Shown here one piece after another: positions 1-8,900 of a stretch of 64,000 bases of DNA. The position numbers were made by a program, and so were the translations under genes. Position 1 is the stretch's first letter; each line of letters begins with the position of its first letter. The notes under the pieces are model-generated. The model did not search any database. It was not told where the DNA came from and saw only the letters and a list, made by a program, of their open reading frames with translations. Origin of the DNA: Schmidtea polychroa (Eukaryota); contig CM097885.1 of the NCBI GenBank assembly GCA_044892525.1, positions 200,446,001-200,510,000 of the forward strand. The letters are read 5' to 3'.

Positions 1-594
1 AAAATATTGCAACAAAGTAATAAAATAATACAACATTTTAAACTCTAGATCAATCCATTTTATAGAAAATTAAATTTTATCTATATAATATATGAATAAA
101 TATCCAAGGAAATTACGTTAACGTATAATAAATACAAATTTATCGTAAAAACATGTGTGTATTACACACAAAACAAGATACATAATTTCTAATCAATCCA
201 TTTTATAGAAAATTAAATTTTATCTATATATTATATGAATAAAATCCTAAGAAAATTACGTTAACCGCGCGAAAAATACAAATTTATCATAAAAACATGT
301 GTGTATTACACACAACATACGAGACATAATTTTTAATCAAGCTATTTTATAGAAAATTAAATTTTATCTATATAATATATGAATAAAAATCCAAGAAAAT
401 TACGTTAACCGCGCGAAAAACTACAAATTTATTGTAAAAACATGTGTGCATTACACACAAAGCATCAAACTGAAATTGTAATTGCGCCATGTTGTAGAGA
501 ATTAAATTCTGCCTATACATTGTTACACTTAAATCTCGATCAGACATGTGAAAAGAGACATAAAAGAGAAAAAACAGTAGAGTAGTATGATGTG
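1..594. repeat. Left arm of long perfect inverted repeat (partner 1495-2088); probably continues left of the window
   Basis: Position x pairs with 2089-x. Base 1 aaaatattgcaacaaag is the reverse complement of ctttgttgcaatatttt ending at 2088. ORFs 368..625(-) and 1464..1721(+) translate identically from HHTT onward. No mismatch in the blocks compared by eye. Confidence 0.97.
51..463. repeat. Three ~143-bp tandem repeats inside the inverted-repeat arm (mirrored at ~1626-2038)
   Basis: Units start caatccattttatagaaaatt at 51 and 194, and caagctattttatagaaaatt at 338. Each carries ttacgttaac and tgtgtg(t/c)attacacaca. Confidence 0.9.
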
Positions 595-660
595 AGCTCC
601 CCAGACCATGTCCCCTCCAGACCACATATACCCCCTCCCCCCCCCTCCCCCCCCCCGGTC

Positions 661-1430
661 TGAAAAATTTTATTTTTTTAGAACGATGCCTAATATTTTT
701 AGAACTATTACGTAATCAATGCCTAATATTTTTAGAACGATGCCTAATATTTTTAGAACTATTACGTAATTTTTTTTTAAATTAAGTGATCCAGCGGGGA
801 CCTACTTTTTTTCATCCCAAAAATTATTGTTCCCGCCAACATATTATATTGATCGATAGCTTATTTTAAAGCTCTGTGCAAGAACTTTCTAATGAGATAT
901 AGATTTTTATCATACGATGACTCATCACATTTTTAGAACAAAGACAATGACTCATCACATTTTTAGAATGATGTCTAATATTTTAGAATGATGCCAAATA
1001 TTTTTAGAATGATGCCAAATATTTTTAGAACGATGCCTAATATTTTTAGAACTATTACGTAATCGATGTCTAATATTTTTAGAACGATGCCAAATATTTT
1101 TAGAATGGTGCCTAATATTTTTAGAACGATTACGTCATACTTTTAGAACGATGCCTAATATTTTTAGAACTATTACGTAATCAATGCCTAATATTTTTAG
1201 AACGATGCCTAATATTTTTAGAACTATTACGTAATCAATGCCTAATATTTTTAGAACGATGCCTAATATTTTTAGAACTATTACGTAATTTTTTTAAATT
1301 AATTGGTCCAGCGGTGACCTACTTTTTTTCTTCCCAAAAGTAATGTTTCCATCATCCGAATTTATTAATCAAACACTTATTTTAAAGCCCAGTGCAAAAT
1401 CTATATACTGATATATAAATATTATTATTA
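661..1430. repeat. Spacer minisatellite (tttttagaacgatgcctaata subunits, 54-bp higher-order unit) plus a diverged direct duplicate block
   Basis: TTACGTAA recurs at 708, 762, 1055, 1173, 1227, 1281 (54-bp spacing in runs). ccagcgg(g/t)gacctactttttttc(a/t)tcccaaaa ... ttattttaaagc(t/c)c(t/a)gtgcaa occurs at ~791-881 and ~1308-1397. Confidence 0.9.
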
Positions 1431-1494
1431 ACATTATTTTACACACGGGGGGAGGGGGTATATGTGGCCGAGCGGGCTCCTGGCCGGGCGGGCC

Positions 1495-2088
1495 CACATC
1501 ATACTACTCTACTGTTTTTTCTCTTTTATGTCTCTTTTCACATGTCTGATCGAGATTTAAGTGTAACAATGTATAGGCAGAATTTAATTCTCTACAACAT
1601 GGCGCAATTACAATTTCAGTTTGATGCTTTGTGTGTAATGCACACATGTTTTTACAATAAATTTGTAGTTTTTCGCGCGGTTAACGTAATTTTCTTGGAT
1701 TTTTATTCATATATTATATAGATAAAATTTAATTTTCTATAAAATAGCTTGATTAAAAATTATGTCTCGTATGTTGTGTGTAATACACACATGTTTTTAT
1801 GATAAATTTGTATTTTTCGCGCGGTTAACGTAATTTTCTTAGGATTTTATTCATATAATATATAGATAAAATTTAATTTTCTATAAAATGGATTGATTAG
1901 AAATTATGTATCTTGTTTTGTGTGTAATACACACATGTTTTTACGATAAATTTGTATTTATTATACGTTAACGTAATTTCCTTGGATATTTATTCATATA
2001 TTATATAGATAAAATTTAATTTTCTATAAAATGGATTGATCTAGAGTTTAAAATGTTGTATTATTTTATTACTTTGTTGCAATATTTT
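1495..2088. repeat. Right arm of long inverted repeat; candidate terminal inverted repeat of the Polinton-like element
   Basis: Reverse complement of 1-594. It lies directly upstream of the pPolB promoter and is followed by more short repeats (48-bp duplicate at ~2059 and ~2166). The TIR role is inference. Confidence 0.9.
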
Positions 2089-2446
2089 TATTATTTTAGT
2101 TACAATATTCTTTTTAATTTGTTGTCCGTCTTCGAAATAATGTATTGATTTGTCTTAATTACCATTATTATTTTATTACTTTGTTGCAATATTTTTATTA
2201 TTTTAGTTACAATTTGATAAATATTTTACAACTGTTGAAAATTTATCTGAAATATGTTATTACTTTGTTACAATTTTATGAAAACGTTATTACTGTTTTG
2301 CAATTTGATGAAAAAAAAAAAAATGATATTACTTTGTGAGTTCAACACATTATTTTTATTAAATTATTATGAAAATGTTAAATAAGTCAACTTTAGCGTC
2401 AAAATGTGTTTTAAAATTTAAGTTTTAAAATACTGCAATGTAATGC

Positions 2447-2583
2447 ATTTATTTTTCCTACCCCTTCCTTGATTTTGATTGGTCAGAATATATTTATTTT
2501 TCCTACCCCTTCCTTGATTTTGATTGGTCAGAATTTAATCATGTGTAATATATAAGCAGTAACTTTTCAAATGTTTGTCATTT
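2447..2583 (+). promoter_or_regulatory. Putative RNA Pol II promoter of the polymerase gene: two reverse CCAAT boxes in a 43-bp duplication, TATA box, initiator
   Basis: atttatttttcctaccccttccttgattttgattggtcagaat at 2447-2489 and 2492-2534 (ATTGG at 2478, 2523). TATATAAG at 2549. TCATTT (Inr-like, A at 2580) lies 31 nt downstream of the TATA start. Confidence 0.6.
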
Positions 2584-2606
2584 AAACTTTTAATTTAACT
2601 TATATA

Positions 2607-5600
2607 AGTGAATAAATTTTTATTCTCTATCTAATATTAATGATTATTTTTTAGTGAACGGATGCAGTTTATATAAATTTTGTATTGCCGAAAGTCATGA
2701 AGATGTGGAGAACTGTAAATCAGTTACATCATCATATTTCAAGATAAATGACTCTACCTTATCGGGTTACATATGTCCGGAATGTCTCATTATAACACCA
2801 GGTAGGTGGTTAATGTTTGTACGACAACACGGACACCATCTTAGAAGATTCGAAGAAACGAAGAGCAGGATGATCACTAAAAGTAATACTCTTTCTACTA
2901 TTAACAATTATTAATTTTTTATAGTACAATCGAAAATGAATACATCATACGATCCTAAGGAGATTAAAGAATATGTTACAAGTTATGTTATTTAAGTTGT
3001 TTAATATTAATTATAAATATAGTTAGACAAAACTCTGGCACCACAAAACGAAAGTCAATATTTTACGGAAATGGAGACTCTAACATACAATTGTGTCCAC
3101 GTCGGGAGTCTGACTTAAACGGTTCTCGTGTTGAATTGACAAGCGATGTATCTGCAATTAATTCTCCTGACATTGTTGTTCCAGATTGTCTCATCAAAGA
3201 AATAGAAGATCATATTCAACGAATGGGGACAGTAAAAATCCAATTTGGACTTTGTGCAGAGTTTATCAAAGAGGATGGTGAAATTAAAAAATGGTGTTTG
3301 TCGAATAAAGCAATTACAATGTCATCTTCATTTATTAATGATGGAATTGAAAAATTAAAAGAAAAGTTGGAGAAATACACTCAACAAAGTAGTGGGTGGA
3401 GAATTCATAAAATATTAGAAGTTACTATGATTTTAACTAAATTATCAGACATAATACATGTATCTGGTAAGATTATTTACATTATTATATATATAAATCA
3501 AGAGATTACTTAGGTTCAAGTTACATTAAAACGCCAAATTACCTGAAAAACTGCCAGGCTTTAGTTAATGTTCAAAATAATGATCAATTCTGCTTTTTAT
3601 ATAGCATACTGGCCGTATTACATTATGATGACATAAAACATCACAGAGAAAGAGTAATGAAATATAATTTAAGTGGTAATATATATTTATATCATTCTAA
3701 AAATATATATATTTAGAGTTAAAATGGAAATCAGATTGGTTTCCAATGAAGTTGGTTAACATTTGCCAATTTGAGGCAATGAATCCTAATCTAGCGATCA
3801 ATGTTCTCAAATATAATAAAGATCCAATTAAACAAAAAACTAATGATATTTTCAAGAATCCGTTCGTTGACTTGGTATATAGAAGTACTTCGACGGGATG
3901 TCAATTATATCTCTTATTGATTGAAGAAGGTAATATTTCTTTTAATCATTAAAAATATTAACTAAATTTTAGAATTAAATTATCATTTTTTGGCTGTAAC
4001 TAATCTCGATCGACTGCTCAATTACAGAGATAGAGTAGAAGGAGTCAGAATCCAATCACATTGGTGTCATACGTGTCTTCATGGGTTTCAAAAACGTCCT
4101 GCTTTTGAAAGACATATAGGTCTTTGTAGGAAGAATGTGGAGCGGACGACTCTATACTCAATGCCAGAGAATAAATATATCGAATTTAAAGACTGGAGTA
4201 AAACTATAAAACAGCAGTTTGTTGTCTACGCGGACTTTGAATCAATATTACCTCTAGATGACAAGCACTTCCAAAAACATGAGCCGATTGCATCTGAATT
4301 TGTGCTTCTTCATCAAGGTTGTCCGATTCGAAATGAAACATTTGTTGGGAAAAACTGTATCATTCAGTTTATACAAGCATTGGATGATATAGCTACAGAC
4401 ATAGTTTATCCGTGGTATAAAATTAATGGATCGAAGGAAATGATGGAACTCACTTGGGAACAGCAGGAAGAATTCACGACTCAAACTCATTGCTACCTTT
4501 GTAAAAAGATTATCAATATACCTGTTCGAGATCATGATCATTTTACTGGTCAATATCTCGGAGCAGCGTGTCAAGATTGTAATTTGGCTAGAAGAATCAA
4601 TCCGTCTTTACCTGTTGTATTTCATAATCTTCGTGGATATGACATTCATCATATATTAAAATATGCAATTGGAAAATTCCCCGATTGGAATTTAATTGTT
4701 ATTCCTCAATCAACAGAAAAGTTTCTCACACTTACAGCGACATCGAAAGGCAGAAGAATTAGATTCATTGATTCTTTACAATTTTTAAATAGCAGCTTGG
4801 CAAATTTATCAAAAAACTTGCCACGTCTTCCACTTACTTCAAAGATTTTCAATTCGCATTTAATAACTGGTAAAGGCATATTTCCTTATGATATGGCTAC
4901 ATCAATGGATGTTTTACAGTCAATAACAGAATTACCACCGATTTGGGAGGGAGTTAGTCAAGAAGATTATATACATGCAAATCGAATCTGGCGACAATAC
5001 AACTGTGAGACACTGCTAGATTACATGCTAGTATATCTCAAGTTGGATGTTTTTCTGTTGGCCGATGTTTTTGAAGCTTTCAGAGAAAAAACATTTGACG
5101 AAGATGGACTTGAGGCTCTATCGTTTGTTTCCATACCCGGATTAAGTTGGGCATCAGCTATTAAACAGTTACCTGAACCAGTAGAACTTATTCAAGATCC
5201 AGAGCTTTACCGTTTATTTGAAGCTGGTATTCGTGGTGGAATGACATTTATCAACAAACATCATGTTGAAGCTGATGAATCAACACAAATGTCATACCTA
5301 GATGTTAATAATTTATATGGATGGGCGCTGTCGCAAAAACTTCCTGTTGGTGAATTTAGATGGATAAATGATCAGACTGAAATGAATGGTATTGTTGAAA
5401 GATGTGCAAATGGGGATAAGTTTGATGGAGATCTTGGATATGTTCTAGAGGTTGACATCGTCATTCCTGATAGTATACAAGATAAACTAGATGATTTACC
5501 TATAGCTCCTGAGCTTTGTTATCCACCTGGTAGTAAAGTTGAAAAGCTGTTGTTAACTCATGAGCCTAAGAAAAACTATGTAGTTAATGGTAGAGTTTTG

Positions 5601-6578
5601 ACAGAGTGGTTGAGTTACGGCGCAAAAGTCACAAAAGTTAATCGTGCTGTAGAATTCAAGCAAGTGGCTATTTTCAAAGGCTATATTGATTACAATACCA
5701 AAATGAGAGCAGCTAGTACAGATTCGTTTCAGCGAGATTATTATAAGTTAAAGAACAACAGTTTATACGGTAAAACTGTGGAAAACTTGAAGAAACGTAT
5801 AAATTTGAGATTATGCAGCAAAAGCAAAAGATTGATAACTTATTGTAGTAATCCTATGTTTCGTCGTAGCATCAAGATTGCGGATGATCTCATTGCTGTT
5901 ATACTCAATAAGGAAATTGTGTGTTTAGATAGACCAATGTATATTGGACAAACCGTACTTGATTTATCCAAACTTCGCATGTACCAGTTTCAATATAAAG
6001 AACTACAGAGTTATAGAGAAGAATTCAATTGTCAAATTAATATCGTAGCCGGTGACACAGATTCCTTCTTTTTAGAGTGTAAAAATGTAGATTTACGCTT
6101 ACAACTATATCCAAAAATGATTGCCGATGGGCTCCTAGATACTTCAAATTATCCAGTGACTGATCCATTGTTCTCAGATAAAATTTGTTCGGTAATCGGG
6201 AAATTCAAGGATGAGAATAAAGGAAATCAATATAAAGAATGGGTGTTTCTTCGACCCAAGTGCTACTCACTCCAAGGCGATAAAAACACTCTAAAAGCCA
6301 AAGGAATAAGACTTACAAACTCTAATCTTACACATGAAGCCTATAAAAAAGTGTATACTGATGGTGGAACAGTGAGCATCCCACAAAAAAGAATAGGAAG
6401 TGTCAATCATCAGTTGTATACTTTCATGACAGAAAAACGAGCTCTCCAATGTTTGGACGATAAAAGGTATTGGTACAATTGTAATGAAAGTTATGCCTAC
6501 GGTCACTATAAGATTCGCCAAATGCATATTGCAACTGCTATGTCTAGAAATGAATGCAAATCGAAACAAGCACTTTAA
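2607..6578 (+). CDS. polB: Spliced protein-primed family B DNA polymerase of Polinton/Maverick/adintovirus type; join(2607,2655..2882,2925..2981,3023..3466,3514..3675,3717..3929,3973..6578) = 3711 nt, 1236 aa
   Basis: Motifs: ExoI VYADFES, endonuclease-VII-like CYLC..RDHDH..GAACQDCN, ExoII FHNLRGYD, ExoIII YLKLD, PolA DVNNLY, PolB KLKNNSLYGK, PolC GDTDS, KCYS, KAKG. Splicing restores Polinton-type N-terminal motifs SGW..GSSYIKTP..VNVQNNDQFCFLYSIL..FPMKL..INV..LLLI..NYHF..NLDRLL. The first, single-base coding exon is the least certain part. Confidence 0.9.
2608..2654 (+). other. pPolB intron 1 (47 nt, phase 1, splits putative start codon A|TG)
   Basis: A|GTGAAT...TTTTTTAG|TG AAC GGA. An in-frame TAA at 2583 upstream means the spliced ATG would be the start codon. 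Confidence 0.55.
2883..2924 (+). other. pPolB intron 2 (42 nt, phase 1)
   Basis: A|GTAATA...TTTATAG|TA. Removes the in-frame TAA at 2912; reads MITKIQSKM. Confidence 0.75.
2982..3022 (+). other. pPolB intron 3 (41 nt, phase 1)
   Basis: A|GTTATG...AAATATAG|TT. Joins into the frame of ORF 3091..3513 with no stop (EYVTIRQNSG). Confidence 0.72.
3467..3513 (+). other. pPolB intron 4 (47 nt, phase 1)
   Basis: G|GTAAGA...ACTTAG|GT. Recreates the conserved GSSYI motif. Confidence 0.92.
3676..3716 (+). other. pPolB intron 5 (41 nt, phase 1)
   Basis: G|GTAATA...ATTTAG|AG. Gives KYNLSELKWKSDWFPMKL, in frame with ORF 3746. Confidence 0.9.
3930..3972 (+). other. pPolB intron 6 (43 nt, phase 1)
   Basis: G|GTAATA...ACTAAATTTTAG|AA. 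Gives LLLIEEELNYHFLAVTNLDRLL, in frame with ORF 3990. Confidence 0.92.
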
Positions 6579-6597
6579 CAATTAAATTTATGTGAAT

Positions 6598-6603
6598 AAT
6601 AAA
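6598..6603 (+). terminator. Putative polyadenylation signal of the pPolB gene
   Basis: AATAAA 20 nt after the TAA stop, followed by GT-rich sequence. AT-rich context lowers specificity. Confidence 0.4.
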
Positions 6604-7022
6604 ATATATATTGTGAATTGTTTGACTTAGTTAATTAAAATGTGTTTTATCATTTAATTATTCATTTGTCCAATTAATTTAGATAATTAGTTTCAAGTAA
6701 GAAATATTATTTTTGTGTTTATTTTATTTATTTATTTATTTTTTCCGAAATATTAATATCCAGTTTATCTAAAATTAACTCAGCGTTTTATTTTATAATA
6801 AATTAAATAATTTCTAATTAAAATTTATTCAAATTGAATAATTACTAATTAAAATTTTATTCAAATTGAAATATTATCGTTATAATTTACCTCTTGTTAG
6901 AATATAATGTAAATGTAAAATTAAAAAAAAAAAAAAAAATAAAAAAAAAAATAAAAAAAAAAAAATAATAATAAATAAAATAATAAAATAATAAAATAAT
7001 ACTAAAATAAAAGCATAATAAA

Positions 7023-7162
7023 NNNNNNNNNNNNNNNNNNNNNNNNNNNNNNNNNNNNNNNNNNNNNNNNNNNNNNNNNNNNNNNNNNNNNNNNNNNNNN
7101 NNNNNNNNNNNNNNNNNNNNNNNNNNNNNNNNNNNNNNNNNNNNNNNNNNNNNNNNNNNNNN
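7023..7162. other. Assembly gap (140 N)
   Basis: Run of N after an A-rich low-complexity stretch. Confidence 1.
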
Positions 7163-8462
7163 TGTTAATTAAAAAAAAAAATGATTCGATTGACCTATAT
7201 TTGATCTGGACATTGGGATGACCTTGAAAGTGTCCTGGAGTCCTTACTATTCACTACTATCGAGACAATTAGCTTGGTCAAAGAAAATCAATTATTAACA
7301 GTTTCTAATAGTTCGAATAATGATAGTCAATTTTAATTGTGATCGAGATCGTTTGCTTTTGTATTTTTAAACATATTTTGAAAAAACGTATAAAAGTATG
7401 ACGAATAATAATATTTATAGAAAGTAATTTTTATTTATTTCATTTATAATGTATTTGCGATTCTTAATTCGTTTTTATATAATTTTGAATACGATTAATA
7501 TAATAATTAAATGTCGATGTCTGAAACTACAGCTAGTTTAATTAAACTATTCGCCATAAACGTAAGGGATTTTCTCTTTTTCCCGGAATTCCCACCAGGA
7601 AAGTCCATTCAAATAATCAGTATGATGCTTTTTAATCATTTACATGTTGACTTCTTATTTTACAGATGTCAAAATGACTTAATTTGCTTTCTGGCGATCA
7701 ATGAAGGAAGAGATCAATTTTTTATAAATAAGTTTGCTTTTTTACACCGATGCTTCCAGAATCACCTTTCGTTTCAAATTTAATTTACTTAAAATTTTAA
7801 TTTATTTAGTTTAAAACTTATTTTAGTGCTTGTAGATTATTATGCTTAACACGTTAGTTGCCATGAAACATGTATATCGTGTCTCAGATTTGCGTAGTTT
7901 GAGCCACAAGACACTTGTGCCGTGTTTCTTTTACTCCATTATATTTAGCCGTGTGGACCACCACACATGTAATAATAATAATACAAGTAATATTAGCCAG
8001 ATCAACCGACTTGGCCCAGGAGGACAATTTTTTCTAAACATTGTAGCAGCTAACGTGTTAAATATCCTCACAGCACCGAAGTACCGATATGCGTTGTTAC
8101 AATGTTGCATCTTTGAATAAATATTTTGCAATAATAAACTTTAATTGGATATTTTGTATATTTGGTGATTGTTAAAAATAAAATAATAACAAAAAACATT
8201 CTTTAAATTAATACATATGTAAATTTCAATAATAGAAAATCCCCAAAAGTAAAATATACTTTTTATAATAAAGAATGAAAAGAAAAAGAATGAAAAGAAA
8301 AGTTAATATAATTTTGTCTCGTCTCAAACAAAAACAGTTTTATTTAAAAACTAGCAAAAATAATTTTTATTTAAATTAAAATTTAAAAATTCAAAAATAA
8401 AAACATTTGTAAATTTTATGTTTTAAATTAAAAAAAATATTTTTTGTATTCAAATGTATGAC

Positions 8463-8900
8463 AAAACAAAACTCACAAGAAAGTATTTACCTTTGGATAT
8501 AAAACTGGATATTTTGCGTCGATTTGAAACTAGGGAAAAACTGTAGATATGAGAAGAGGTCTTGGTTTGCCATCAACAACTATGAGACCTATTTGTAACC
8601 ACGAAGCTTTAAAAATCAAAGAGAATGGTAACAATGCAACTCATAACAAATCGGAGAGCAAAGTAAATGCATAATGCCTCGAAGCAAAATGATTATTAAA
8701 TGAAAAAGAACAAGCTGTATTTGACAAACTTCTTCTACGAGAGAGTAACAAGGATAAAGATGGTCACTTTGAAGACATTAACTGACGTTTTGTTCAATTT
8801 AAATCTACAAGAAACCCTTAGAACCATTTTCTGAAAAAAAGTAGTTAATGAAGACTCTTAGAAGCTGCTAACACATTTTCTAAATTATTTTTTAAATCCG
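8463..8900 (+). pseudogene. Degenerate Tigger/pogo-type transposase N-terminus (CENP-B-like HTH); remnant may extend to ~10070
   Basis: Reads KTKLTRKYLPLDIKLDILRRFETREK /frameshift/ VDMRRGLGLPSTTMRPI, resembling the Tigger HTH pattern K.SI.LE.KL.I..RF..GEK..DI...LGL..STV.TI. Stops and frameshifts follow. Confidence 0.55.

Noticed and set aside
661-1300. CRISPR-like array
   Set aside because: Repeats abut each other without unique spacers, there are no cas genes, and the context is eukaryotic.
1447-1508. Parvovirus/AAV-type flip-flop terminal hairpin (GC-rich, contains gagcgggctc)
   Set aside because: The two 27-nt variable segments are not reverse complements of each other as flip/flop requires, and there is no Rep gene.
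368-1721. Twin 85-aa ORFs on opposite strands
   Set aside because: By-product of the inverted repeat; low-complexity and no recognisable domain.
2654-3989. Reading the upstream polymerase fragments as a frameshifted pseudogene or programmed frameshifts
   Set aside because: Every break coincides with a 41-47 nt AT-rich GT-AG segment whose removal restores frame and conserved motifs. The 2.6-kb catalytic exon has no lesion.
7163-7340. Candidate upstream mucin exon carrying the first SEA N-half
   Set aside because: No frame gives a SEA-like sequence ending in a phase-2 donor.
7500-8135. Possible retroelement remnants (FYTDAS at ~7740; FGAVRIFNTL on the minus strand)
   Set aside because: Single short motifs without supporting neighbours; cannot be told from chance by eye.
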